Below, piece by piece: positions 1 to 12,387 of a stretch of 27,203 nucleotides of DNA. The position numbers were made by a program, and so were the translations under genes. Source of the stretch: a bacterium (GTDB lineage Bacteria > Zhuqueibacterota > Zhuqueibacteria > Zhuqueibacterales > Zhuqueibacteraceae); assembly GCA_044869275.1 (NCBI GenBank), contig JBIOXB010000012.1, positions 1 through 27,203 of the forward strand. Direction: 5' to 3'. The notes beneath the pieces are model-generated. The model was not told the origin of the DNA, searched no databases, and was given only the letters and a program-made list of their open reading frames with translations. Each line of letters starts with the position of its first letter. The stretch's first letter is position 1.

Positions 1-277
1 CAAACGTATGGCTACGATCGCAATTGTCGTACAATTTTTTCTTGGATCAAGGCCCTGCGGTGCAGTTTCTGGCTTTGCAAGTCGGGCCGAGTTTTGCGAT
101 CCGGAGATAACCGTTTGAGTGCGGAAACACGGGAGCCGGGCTCCGGAAAATCACCTCCGCGAACGTGTGAGTCCAAGTTTTGCCCACTGCCGGCAGGTCC
201 GGCTTCGCGGGCATGACAGCGAGAATCCGCGATCGCGATAATCGTTGCAAACCTCTGAGCGAGAGATTGAAAAATTA

Positions 278-2833
278 GTGAAAACGACGATCAAGACTTG
301 CACACAGTGCAACGCCATTTACGACGACACCTCGCCGCATCGTTGCGATAACAGGCAAACGCCCTCGGTGAAGTCGCGCTTTCCCCGGCCCTATTCCGGC
401 ATGATGCTGGACAAGAAATACCGCTTGGTCAACAAGCTGGGTGAGGGAGGCATGGGCAGCGTGTATCGCGCACACCGCTTGTTCATGAATGATTTCGTCG
501 CAATCAAATTTATGCGTGCGGAGGTGATGGCGGACTCCGACATTCGCCAGCGCTTTTCGCAGGAGGCAAAAGTCGCCGCGCGCATGAAGCATCCCAACGT
601 GGTCACGGTTTATGATTGCGGGGAGACCAGCGATGGGCTGGTATATCTGGTGATGGAATTTCTCGAGGGCGAGTCGCTCGGCGAGAGGCTTCAAAAAAAC
701 GGCCCATTGGAGCTCGATCAGGTGATCGACGCTGGCATTCAAATCTGTGAGGCGCTGCGCTGTATGCTGGAGCACAACGTCATTCACCGCGACCTCAAAC
801 CCGACAATATCATGCTGGTGCCGGACGGGCAAAACGGCTTCATCGTTAAAGTGGTGGATTTCGGCGTCGCCAAGCTGCTGGAAGCAGATGCTCATCTCAC
901 GCGCGTGCAATCCCGCATCGGCTCGCCGGTGTATTCTTCTCCGGAACAATACCTCGGCAAGCCCGTCGATCATCGCACGGACCTTTACGGCCTCGGCGTG
1001 ATTTTTTACGAATGTTTGACCGGCCGCGTACCATTTGAGGCGCTCACACAGGACGAGCTTCTGTCCGCCATCGTGCACAAAATGCCGCCGCGACTGGATA
1101 AAAGGATCAGCGGCTTCACCAGCTTGATGGCGGATTTGGTGCATTGGCTGCTGGCGAAGGATCCCAATGACCGCCCGCGCAACGCGATGGAAGTAGCCAA
1201 ATGTCTGGAGACTTTGCGCGACAGCAAAAAAACTCTGCAAATCTACCAAGACGACGAAGGCACGGAGGAAAATGCCAGCAATGGTCACAGGCCTGGACTC
1301 GTTTACGCACGGGAAGGCGGTGCGGGACGCAACGGAGCGGCGGAACCAGGACCGGCTCGTGCCAGATCCACACCGGTCCGCCAGCCCAAGAGTGGCAACG
1401 GTGTTGCAAACGCGCAACGCCCCAACCCGCGCGCCGCTGCAACAGATCCCGTTTTTCGCCCGCGCCCCATTCGCAAAAGAATCAAGAAAAAGCTCAAGCG
1501 CATTGCCAAGCCGGCCTCGTTGATCGTGAGTGCGGCGGCATTGGGATTCATGATTTGGGGGTTGGTGATTGATCCTGAAGGTTATGCGAAAGTGACCGAC
1601 GCAGCAACGTCTTTGCTCCCCTGGTCGAACGCACCAGTGGCGGTAAGCGCAACCAAGAAGATCAAATCGGTGGTGGCGGAAAAGCCTTCGCCCTCCACCG
1701 TGCCGCCGGTTCGGCCAGATTCCACAGCCCGCAGTCTGGCCGCAATTGCACCGGGCGGCAGCACGCCACCGGCTTTGCCATTTGCGCAGAGCTCCAACAA
1801 CGTTCTTATGAATCAAGCCGGAACCGCGAGCGCACTGGCGCCGCGGCCGGACGTTCGCACTTCAATTCCGGTGCTGCAAGACGGAGCCTTCTCGCGCGCG
1901 ACGGCAATAAACGAAGCGAGCGCTGCGAAATCGGTGATACGGCAGGCGGTTTCAAGAAACAATACCGCGATCGACGCTCAGGCCAATGCCTTGACGAATA
2001 TGGCTTTGATCACGGACACCGTGTACGAGCGTGGCGACATTTCCGGCGAAGGCGGCGCCAACGAACGGCCGGCGCATTGGGTGCGCGTCAGCGACTTTTG
2101 GATCAGCAAATACGAAGTCACCAATTATGAATATCTGCAATTCGTCGAAGCGACCGGACGCCACCAGCCTGAATGGCGCGATCCCAACAGCAAATATCAT
2201 TATCAATTCGGTTCGGATAATTTCTACAAGAAGCTGGGCACGGCATTGTTCGATCCCGAATATCCCGTGGTGGGGGTGTCGTGGTACGACGCCGAGGCGT
2301 ATTGCGAGTGGAAATCGCTGCAAACCGGCAAGAAGTTTCGCCTGCCCACGGAAGCGGAATGGGAATTGGCCGCGGCGGGGGGCGGTGCTGCCAAAAACAA
2401 GTATAGTTGGGGCAATGGCGCGCCACAAATTGCCAAAGGCGGCAATGTCGCGGACGAGGAGCTCAAGGCCGTGTATCCGGATTTGCGTATGATCTGGCGC
2501 GCGTACGACGACAATTTCGTTTACACCGCGCCGGTCGGGAAATTCGGCGCGAATGCCTACGGCGTGTATGACATGACGGGCAACGTGTGGGAATGGTGCT
2601 ACGACTGGTACGGTGAGAATGAATACCAGCGCAAGGAGGGCAACAATCCTGCCGGTCCGGTAACCGGGAAAGAAAAAACATTGCGAGGCGGCTCGTGGAG
2701 CGACACGCCGGAAAAGCTGCGCATCGCTTTCCGCCGTGGCATGCCCCCGGCGTTTCGCAGCAATAACCTGGGCTTCCGCGTCGTGGTTGTTGTACTTTCG
2801 GCAATGGCGAAGAAGGATACGCTGGCGAAATAG
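278..2833 (+). CDS. Membrane Hanks-type Ser/Thr protein kinase with C-terminal FGE-sulfatase (SUMF1-like) domain
   Basis: Kinase motifs LGEGGMGSVY, VAIK, HRDLKPDN, DFG, YSSPEQ. N-terminal CxxC. One TM segment (LIVSAAALGFMIWGLVI). FGE-sulfatase motifs YEVTN, PVVGVSWYDAEAYC, RLPTEAEWE, DMTGNVWEWC, RGGSW, NNLGFRV. Start uncertain: GTG 278 chosen, ORF open from TTG 245. Confidence 0.92.
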   Translation: MKTTIKTCTQCNAIYDDTSPHRCDNRQTPSVKSRFPRPYSGMMLDKKYRLVNKLGEGGMGSVYRAHRLFMNDFVAIKFMRAEVMADSDIRQRFSQEAKVAARMKHPNVVTVYDCGETSDGLVYLVMEFLEGESLGERLQKNGPLELDQVIDAGIQICEALRCMLEHNVIHRDLKPDNIMLVPDGQNGFIVKVVDFGVAKLLEADAHLTRVQSRIGSPVYSSPEQYLGKPVDHRTDLYGLGVIFYECLTGRVPFEALTQDELLSAIVHKMPPRLDKRISGFTSLMADLVHWLLAKDPNDRPRNAMEVAKCLETLRDSKKTLQIYQDDEGTEENASNGHRPGLVYAREGGAGRNGAAEPGPARARSTPVRQPKSGNGVANAQRPNPRAAATDPVFRPRPIRKRIKKKLKRIAKPASLIVSAAALGFMIWGLVIDPEGYAKVTDAATSLLPWSNAPVAVSATKKIKSVVAEKPSPSTVPPVRPDSTARSLAAIAPGGSTPPALPFAQSSNNVLMNQAGTASALAPRPDVRTSIPVLQDGAFSRATAINEASAAKSVIRQAVSRNNTAIDAQANALTNMALITDTVYERGDISGEGGANERPAHWVRVSDFWISKYEVTNYEYLQFVEATGRHQPEWRDPNSKYHYQFGSDNFYKKLGTALFDPEYPVVGVSWYDAEAYCEWKSLQTGKKFRLPTEAEWELAAAGGGAAKNKYSWGNGAPQIAKGGNVADEELKAVYPDLRMIWRAYDDNFVYTAPVGKFGANAYGVYDMTGNVWEWCYDWYGENEYQRKEGNNPAGPVTGKEKTLRGGSWSDTPEKLRIAFRRGMPPAFRSNNLGFRVVVVVLSAMAKKDTLAK

Positions 2834-2889
2834 TGCCAAGCACTTTGTCGTTATTCCATAAGCAGTGCAATCCTTGCTTTTTTAGCAGT

Positions 2890-2957
2890 GAAATTCAAAA
2901 TCCAAAGCTCAAAATTCAACTCCTCTTTTGGTTTTTGTGCTTTGACTTTTGGGTTTC
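2890..2957. repeat. Imperfect palindrome built from heptamer units, between convergent genes
   Basis: Arms GAAATTCAAAATCCAAAGCTCAAAATTCAA (2890-2919) and TTGGTTTTTGTGCTTTGACTTTTGGGTTTC (2928-2957). 23/30 Watson-Crick pairs, CAAA every 7 nt. Confidence 0.75.
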
Positions 2958-2970
2958 CAGCTTGTCCGGC

Positions 2971-5541
2971 TCATGGTTTGAACAGTTTCCTCAACTTCTT
3001 CTTCGCCTCTTCCTTCAACCGATCGGTTTCGCTTTTCACACTGTCCCTCGCCGCGCGGCGCAGCTTTTCCGCTTCGTCTTTTTGTGTGGCCAGAAGTGCG
3101 TTCGCACTGTCGGTGGCTGCTTTTTTCTGTTGCCCGAGTTGCTGTTGCAAGAGGTTCGTCGCCTGCGCCGCTGCGCCTTTCACAATATCCCCGCCGGAGA
3201 ATTTCACCTGCGGATCGGTGAGGCTGCCTTTCATCACACCCGCCAAATCCACGTATTCATTCTGCAGTGGATCGACTTTTTTCTTCAATAAATCATTCAC
3301 GAAGGCATTGGCTTGCTGGTTCAATTCCTGGGCAGGCACGCGCAGCTTCAGGGAATAATCCAGCGACTGATCAATGCCGTTCGAGCCGGACACCACGAAT
3401 TCCGTATTCGCCACTTTGAAGCTCACGGGGTCGAGATAGAAACGGCCGTCGCGGATGCGGAAGGTAGGATGCACCTCCGCGAGCGAAAGAGTTTTGTATT
3501 TCTCCATTTTCAACGCTTCCGCCATCTTGGTCAAGGGCGTGAAATTGGCGAGCGTGGCGCCGGCAATTTTCAACGCGCCCTGGCTGTTCAAGGTGCCGAA
3601 CACGGGCATCAAGCTGGAGTCGACCTCGGTCGCAATGGAAAAACTCGAGCTGAAGCTGCCTTGCAAGCTTTGCGCGATAGGAGCAAATTTTTGCACGGTC
3701 ACAAAGCTTTGAAACGTCTGACCGATGTTCAAGGCCTCCACTTTGAGATCGAAGAAAATGTTCACCGGCTTATCCGTTGGCGTGCTGTAACGGCCGTTCA
3801 TGACCACGCTGCCGTTGAGCATGTTCATGCCGACCTCCTGCATGTGCAGCGTGCGATCTTTGAGCAGCATCGCGCCGCGCACGTTCTGGATTCTGAGCTT
3901 GCCGTACTTCACTTCTTGAAAAGCCGGATATAAACTGAATTCGATTTTGTCCGGAAGCGCGACCGCGCTGAGCCCCGAGCTTTCGCCCCCCATCCACGGG
4001 TCGAGATCGAAATAGCGCGATTGCAGCGTGAGTGAGCCTTTGAGCGTTTCATCCTTCATCACATAGGGCAAAACATTGTCCAAAATGCCGCTGGCTTGCA
4101 CGTCGCTTTGACCCAGTTTCACGCTCAAATTGTCCAGCTTCACATTGGCGGGATTGAACGTCAATTGCGCCTGCGAGACCTCGATTTTTTCCGGCAGCTC
4201 TTGGGAGTGATACAGCAGATTGCGAATGGCAAGGTTGCCAGCAGCGTGAACCTGGTCGTAGTGCCCGCGCTGCGCGCTCGACATCCTTCCCGCCAAATTG
4301 AGGTTGGCGTCGATCCCTCCCCCCAGCTCGGTGCCCGCCGGCAACGGCATGAGATTCTTGATCTCCCCGAGATTGATTTTGCCTTTCACATTCGCATTGA
4401 GCTGGGGATCGGAAATCGGCGTTTTGACCAGCACACTGGCGTCAAAGGGCTCGCGGCCCAATTCCACATGGAATTGCCTGAGATCGATGACGGTGTTGTC
4501 CAAACTCCCGCCGGGATTGTTCACGAGCAAATTCATTTTGACATTGTTGACCGCGGTGGGCAATTGCGGATACTGGAACATGCCGTTGTTTATCTGCAAT
4601 TGCACATGGAATGCGGGATATTGATTTTCGCCATAGGTGCCTTTGGCACTGCCCTGCAAAGCGAACTGACCCGAGGACTTGAGCTGCGCAAAATCTTTCG
4701 CGTAAATGGCGGGAATCAGCGAGATGAAGTTCTTGAACTCATTTTGCGGCGCCTCGAATTTCAAATCCAAATCCATTTTTCCCCCCGCCCTCGCCATCGT
4801 GCCGGCAAAACGCAAAATCAAATCGTTCAGCCGCAGCTCATTGTCCAGCAAGGTGTACTTGCTCGCGAGGTTGTCGATATCGACATCGGCTTTCAGTTTG
4901 GTGTTGACTTGGTTCAAATACTTCGTGCCGCCTGAAGCAAAGCTCAGGCTCGCGATTTCGGTCAGCGTGCGCAGGCTGAAGTGATCTTGCGAGAAATCGC
5001 CGCTGCCGCTGTGGTTCAAACCTTCGACGAATGCGGAGAGCTCTGCCGCTTGGTCATAAAAGACCATCTTGCCGTTGTGGAGGGCATATCTTTGCAGCGC
5101 CAAAGTGAAACTAGATTTCGCTTTCGGTTCCGGCTGAGCCGATGCGGGTGCTTTGGTAATGTTCCAATTTGCCGAGCCGTCTTCCAAGGCGATCAGCCTG
5201 ACGCGCGGTGCGTCGAGCTCGACGGATCGAATCGTCATCACACCGCCGAACAGGCTGAACAAGTCCAGGCTGGTTCGGAATTTTGTGAGCGCGATCAGCG
5301 TGTCGCCCGCGAACGGCGCGTGGTTGATGATCGCGAGATGGTCGAGGCTCAAGCTCAAATCCGGAAAATCCGAAAACAAATTCAAACCGAGGTCGGAGAA
5401 CTCCAGCGTGGCGTTGAGCTGCTGGTTGGCTTGGGTTTTGACCAATTCCAAGATTTTGCCTTTGAACAGAAGCGGTGTCAAAACGAGTGCCAACAGCACC
5501 ACCAACAGAAAAACTCCCGCCCCGACCAGTATTTTTTTCAT
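2971..5541 (-). CDS. AsmA-family (AsmA-like lipid-bridge) envelope protein
   Basis: N-terminal TM anchor (MKKILVGAGVFLLVVLLALVLTPLLFK), AsmA-type segment 'LDAPRVRLIALEDGSANWNI', beta-rich repeats, helical charged C-terminus. ATG 5541 with AGGAG RBS at 5551-5555. Confidence 0.85.
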   Translation of the reverse strand: MKKILVGAGVFLLVVLLALVLTPLLFKGKILELVKTQANQQLNATLEFSDLGLNLFSDFPDLSLSLDHLAIINHAPFAGDTLIALTKFRTSLDLFSLFGGVMTIRSVELDAPRVRLIALEDGSANWNITKAPASAQPEPKAKSSFTLALQRYALHNGKMVFYDQAAELSAFVEGLNHSGSGDFSQDHFSLRTLTEIASLSFASGGTKYLNQVNTKLKADVDIDNLASKYTLLDNELRLNDLILRFAGTMARAGGKMDLDLKFEAPQNEFKNFISLIPAIYAKDFAQLKSSGQFALQGSAKGTYGENQYPAFHVQLQINNGMFQYPQLPTAVNNVKMNLLVNNPGGSLDNTVIDLRQFHVELGREPFDASVLVKTPISDPQLNANVKGKINLGEIKNLMPLPAGTELGGGIDANLNLAGRMSSAQRGHYDQVHAAGNLAIRNLLYHSQELPEKIEVSQAQLTFNPANVKLDNLSVKLGQSDVQASGILDNVLPYVMKDETLKGSLTLQSRYFDLDPWMGGESSGLSAVALPDKIEFSLYPAFQEVKYGKLRIQNVRGAMLLKDRTLHMQEVGMNMLNGSVVMNGRYSTPTDKPVNIFFDLKVEALNIGQTFQSFVTVQKFAPIAQSLQGSFSSSFSIATEVDSSLMPVFGTLNSQGALKIAGATLANFTPLTKMAEALKMEKYKTLSLAEVHPTFRIRDGRFYLDPVSFKVANTEFVVSGSNGIDQSLDYSLKLRVPAQELNQQANAFVNDLLKKKVDPLQNEYVDLAGVMKGSLTDPQVKFSGGDIVKGAAAQATNLLQQQLGQQKKAATDSANALLATQKDEAEKLRRAARDSVKSETDRLKEEAKKKLRKLFKP

Positions 5542-5630
5542 GACTGACTTCTCCTGCAATTTCGCGAGGTCCATGTTCTCACAAACAGAACGGCTGCCGG
5601 GGATCCATCAAGACAGCTTACCCAATAATG

Positions 5631-5659
5631 AGGATAAAGAGTTTTTGAATAAAAGTCAA
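5631..5659 (-). promoter_or_regulatory. Putative sigma70 promoter for the AsmA-family gene
   Basis: Minus strand TTGACT-17 nt-TATCCT, about 90 nt upstream of the start codon. Confidence 0.55.
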
Positions 5660-5823
5660 TGCTACGGCTGGTCTGCAGCACCTCCCTCAGGTCAAAATAA
5701 TTGAAAACAAAATGATTCATCCGGCAGTTGAAAAGCTTTGGGGAATACTGGCCCCATAAAGTGTCTTTTAGTAATGGGTCGTACCACCTTGATTTTGTGA
5801 TCTGCGATCGTTCCAAAGAAATA

Positions 5824-5856
5824 AAAAGCCGGCTCTCGTACGAGAAGCCGGCTTTT
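5824..5856 (-). terminator. Rho-independent terminator of groESL
   Basis: AAAAGCCGGCT-11 nt-AGCCGGCTTTT inverted repeat 40 nt after the groEL stop, with T-tracts on both strands. Confidence 0.85.
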
Positions 5857-5896
5857 GTTTCTAATAAGAATTGCCGCGTTTTGACTGCGACGGATA

Positions 5897-7543
<1,647 letters not shown>

Positions 7544-7613
7544 TCAGGGTGATATTTTCCGAAAATTGAATTTGCCTCTTTGCGTTCAACGAAACTTGCT
7601 TGAACGGTTCTGC

Positions 7614-7898
7614 TTACATCACCGCGAGCACGTCGCTTTCGCGCATGATCAAATAATCCGTGCCGTCGATCTGCACTTCCGTGCCGGAATACTTCCCGTA
7701 CAAGATTTTGTCGCCCTTTTTCACTTCCATGGCCACTTTTTGCCCACTGTCACTGACTTTTCCGGGGCCCACTGCCACGACCTCGCCCTGCATCGGCTTT
7801 TCTTTCGCCGTATCGGGAATGATGATGCTGCCTTGCTTCTTTTCCGCAGCGTCCAACGGCTTGACCACAATACGATCAGCCAAAGGTTTAATATTCAT
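7614..7898 (-). CDS. groS: Co-chaperonin GroES (Cpn10)
   Basis: [39 protein letters not shown]. Directly upstream of groEL with AAGGAGA RBS. Confidence 0.99.
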   Translation of the reverse strand: MNIKPLADRIVVKPLDAAEKKQGSIIIPDTAKEKPMQGEVVAVGPGKVSDSGQKVAMEVKKGDKILYGKYSGTEVQIDGTDYLIMRESDVLAVM

Positions 7899-7955
7899 AG
7901 CCTTGTCTCCTTGTAAAAATAAGGTCCAAAACCAAAAATTATTTTACTCAAGTTA

Positions 7956-7982
7956 GCAGCACTCATTACATGTAAGTGCTAA
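7956..7982 (-). promoter_or_regulatory. CIRCE operator (HrcA binding site)
   Basis: Minus strand TTAGCACTT-N9-GAGTGCTGC versus consensus TTAGCACTC-N9-GAGTGCTAA (3 mismatches), between promoter and groES. Confidence 0.88.
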
Positions 7983-7992
7983 CACGGCACAC

Positions 7993-8021
7993 AAGATATG
8001 AAACCGGATTGGATTTGTCAA
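7993..8021 (-). promoter_or_regulatory. sigma70 promoter of groESL
   Basis: Minus strand TTGACA-17 nt-TATCTT, 10 nt upstream of CIRCE. Confidence 0.82.
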
Positions 8022-8167
8022 GTTCTAATTTGGCAACAAACATGACAAATTGGCCGAGAAGGCTTTGGCGCCCTTTTGCTTAACTTGACCATGCCAAATC
8101 TAGCTTAACAGTGTTAACTTAACTGCCTCCCCCGATTCATGTCATCCCGGAGGGGGCTTTTTCAGCA

Positions 8168-8247
8168 CTCTGTAATACGAACTCTTAAAACATAGCTTTT
8201 CTAGCAAAGTTTCTGGCGTAGTCAGCTATAAGTGCGATCTTTGTAAT
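8168..8247. repeat. 80-bp dispersed intergenic repeat, copy 1
   Basis: Ungapped 69/80 identity by hand alignment to 18264-18343, same orientation (CTCTGTAATAC...GTCAGCTATAAGTG...). Confidence 0.9.
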
Positions 8248-8437
8248 TGACCGTGCAAAAAACTCTAGCAGTTTGTCTAAAAAAATCCCATGGTATTGTA
8301 GAATAACACTGTTTGCTTCCTTGCAAAAACAAACGTCGGTTAACCTTGTGAGCAAATATTTCCTGTGTCAAGCGTTCACGACTACTGCCGGTGGGCCCAG
8401 AGCCGAAAACTCGACGCTCGACGAGCGAATTCAAATC

Positions 8438-9808
8438 ATGTCGAACTCGAGTCCTCCAACCCTGGCAGCAGCTTTGTCAGTTCTTTTTTTCGCCAGCAGT
8501 TTTACCGTGCCGGGATTCGCACAGCATGAGCACCAGCGTGAATCCGGGGCGCAAAAAAGCGATACCGCCAGCATCGGGTCACCCGGGATCAACATGCCGA
8601 GCGCGTTCTTGCTCACCGTACCGGGATCGCGCGACGGTTCCGGAACCAGTTGGCTGCCGGATACCTCCCCCATGCATGCCTGGCATGGACAGTGTGGCAA
8701 GTGGGGGCTAATGCTGCATGGCAATGTGTTTGTGCGCTTCACCTATCAGGATGTGACCAATAGTGGCGAGCGCGGCAAGCAGCAATTCAGCGCGCCGAAT
8801 TGGATCATGATGAGCGCGCAGCGCCGCGTTGGTGCACGAGGCCAGTTCATGCTGCGCGGCATGTTTTCCCTGGATCGTCTCACCGAAGGGGGCGACGGAT
8901 ATCCCTTGCTGTTTCAGACCGGCGAGAGCTGGAAAGGCGATCCCCTGGTCGATCAACAGCATCCTCATGATCTTTTCGCGGAGCTCGCGGCCGGCTATAG
9001 CCATGCGGTGGGCAAGCAGGGCGGGGTGTATCTATACTTTGGTATGCCGGGCGAGCCGGCTCTCGGACCGCCCGTTTTCATGCACCGTCCTTCGGCGCAG
9101 AATAATCCTGAGGCCCCTCTCGGCCACCATTGGCAGGATGCCACGCACATCACCTTCGGCGTCGCCACTTTGGGAGTGCAATATCGCTACTGCAAATTGG
9201 AGGGTTCGTGGTTTACCGGGCGGGAGCCGGACGAAAAGCGCTACGGTTTCGATGCGCCTCATTTGGATTCATACAGTGTGCGGCTGTCGGTGAACCCGTC
9301 CGCGCATGCGGCGCTGCAGTTTTCACACGGCTGGCTCGCTGGCCCGGAAGCCATGGAGCCGGGAGTCGATGTGAATCGCACCACCGCCTCGCTGATTTCT
9401 GTTTATCCCTTTGCCCGCGAAAATTCTTGGGCTGCCACTTTGGCGTGGGGCATGAACAAGCCCGAATTCGACGAGAGCCAGCATTCTTTTCTGCTCGAGT
9501 CCGATCTCCAAATCAACCATCAGGCATTTTTTACGCGCCTGGAATGGGTGGAAAAACCCGCTCAAGATTTGAATGTGATCCAGCTTGAAGAGCGCTTGCT
9601 GCTGGTGCGCGCGTTTACGCTTGGCGCTGCACAAAAGCTTTTTAGCGTGGGCGGTTTATCCCTGGCTGCCGGAGTGCAAGGCACCCTCAATGTGGTTGAC
9701 GAAAGCCTGCAAGTCTTTTACGGTGAGCGGCCGGTTTCGGTGGGGGTTTTTCTGCGCTTGTTTCCGGGCTTGCAGACGGTGAAAGAACACGGCACAGAAA
9801 AAAGGTGA
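8438..9808 (+). CDS. Secreted, probably outer-membrane beta-barrel protein, His/Met-rich, possibly metal (copper) related
   Basis: Signal peptide ending GFA-QHEH. Motifs GSGTSWLP, QHPHDLF, PLGHHWQDATHITFGV. Amphipathic beta-strand pattern. ATG 8438 preferred over TTG 8273. Function is inferred. Confidence 0.7.
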   Translation: MSNSSPPTLAAALSVLFFASSFTVPGFAQHEHQRESGAQKSDTASIGSPGINMPSAFLLTVPGSRDGSGTSWLPDTSPMHAWHGQCGKWGLMLHGNVFVRFTYQDVTNSGERGKQQFSAPNWIMMSAQRRVGARGQFMLRGMFSLDRLTEGGDGYPLLFQTGESWKGDPLVDQQHPHDLFAELAAGYSHAVGKQGGVYLYFGMPGEPALGPPVFMHRPSAQNNPEAPLGHHWQDATHITFGVATLGVQYRYCKLEGSWFTGREPDEKRYGFDAPHLDSYSVRLSVNPSAHAALQFSHGWLAGPEAMEPGVDVNRTTASLISVYPFARENSWAATLAWGMNKPEFDESQHSFLLESDLQINHQAFFTRLEWVEKPAQDLNVIQLEERLLLVRAFTLGAAQKLFSVGGLSLAAGVQGTLNVVDESLQVFYGERPVSVGVFLRLFPGLQTVKEHGTEKR

Positions 9809-9944
9809 TGCTGATGCGCAATATCTGACTTTTCTCATGATTTCGATGACGAAACAGAGTACATGGCAGACATTTTTCTGTCCTCCATCTTTCTGTCTTT
9901 TGAGGTTTGGCACGAAGATTGTGCCATTGGGGTACTCGAATGGT

Positions 9945-9973
9945 TTCGGGTTTCAGCACGTCTGAAAATCCGA
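9945..9973. repeat. 29-bp imperfect hairpin repeat, copy 1
   Basis: TTCGGGTTTCAGCACGTCTGAAAATCCGA, 25/29 identical to 18519-18547. Confidence 0.65.
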
Positions 9974-10014
9974 TCGCATCCTGGTTTCCCAGGACGGTTC
10001 CCGGGGCTAGTCAC

Positions 10015-11457
<1,443 letters not shown>

Positions 11458-11577
11458 TTGGCATCCTAAAAACTGTTCTGAGCAGATCGAAAATTGAGGA
11501 TAGATGATCGTATTTCTTGTCTTCGGCACTGCACCTTTTATCCTCGCCTGTCCTGCACGAGCGGCTGCAGCACACGA

Positions 11578-12387
11578 TTATGACAGCGCACGGCAAATTT
11601 TGACCAATGCTTCGGCCCGTTTCTGGTCGATGGCGTTGTGGATTTTGCCTTCAGTCTTAATCGCGGTGCCTACGATTGCGCCCTCGGCGAACGCCAGCAT
11701 GGCGGCGGCGTTTTCGAGATTCAGGCCGCTGCCGACGATGACCGGCTGATGGGGGACAATGCCGCGCACGCGGCGCAGGAATTCGACCTCGACCGGCTTG
11801 CCGCTGCCCGCGCCGGAGACGATGATTGCGCTACACATCGCCCGCTCGAAATACTCCTCGATTTCCTGGGCGAGATCGCGTTCCACCAAAGGGGCGGCAT
11901 GCTTGACGCGCAGATCGGCGAAAATCGCCACCGGCTCGCTTTGTAGATTCTTGCGCAGGCGGAGGAGATGATGCGCCTGCCCTTGAATCAACCCTTGATC
12001 GGTCACCACCGCGCCGGTCAGCACGTTGACACGGATGAAGGAAAGCTGCGCCGCCATGGCGATCACTATGGCCGCACGTGCATCGTTGCGCAACACGTTG
12101 ATCCCCACCGGCAAGCGGGTTTGGCTCTTGAGGCGATCGGCAATGATGGCCATGGCGGCAACGGTTTCGTTTGGAACCGCCTCGGGAAAATAGGGCGTAT
12201 CGCCCAGGTTTTCAACCAGGATGCCGTCGAAGCCGCATGCTTCCAGCAGTTTGGCCTCGCGTTGCGCGAAGTGAATCGTTTCACGGAAACTGCCGCCCGC
12301 ATTCGGGCTCCCGGGCAACGCGGGCAGGTGCACCATGCCGATCAAAAAGGGCGTGGCCGGAAAAATTTTTGAGATGGACTCAGGCAA
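11578..12387 (-). CDS. BtpA/SgcQ-family TIM-barrel protein
   Basis: IGMVHLPALPGSP, ENLGDTPY, PVGINVLRND, ADLRVKHA, IVGTAIK. TTG start. Confidence 0.92.
   Translation of the reverse strand: MPESISKIFPATPFLIGMVHLPALPGSPNAGGSFRETIHFAQREAKLLEACGFDGILVENLGDTPYFPEAVPNETVAAMAIIADRLKSQTRLPVGINVLRNDARAAIVIAMAAQLSFIRVNVLTGAVVTDQGLIQGQAHHLLRLRKNLQSEPVAIFADLRVKHAAPLVERDLAQEIEEYFERAMCSAIIVSGAGSGKPVEVEFLRRVRGIVPHQPVIVGSGLNLENAAAMLAFAEGAIVGTAIKTEGKIHNAIDQKRAEALVKICRALS

Noticed and set aside
118..200. c-di-GMP-II or cobalamin riboswitch
   Set aside because: Only GCGGAAACA and CCACTG resemble them; the other conserved core motifs are missing.
275..1816. Long antisense ORFs (also 6476-7498, 13041-13859, 16406-17689 and others)
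   Set aside because: They are shadows of well-supported genes on the opposite strand in GC-rich DNA and have no recognisable motifs.
2680..2790. FGE-sulfatase C-terminus as a diversity-generating retroelement variable region
   Set aside because: No template repeat or reverse transcriptase is visible in the window; a remote template cannot be excluded.
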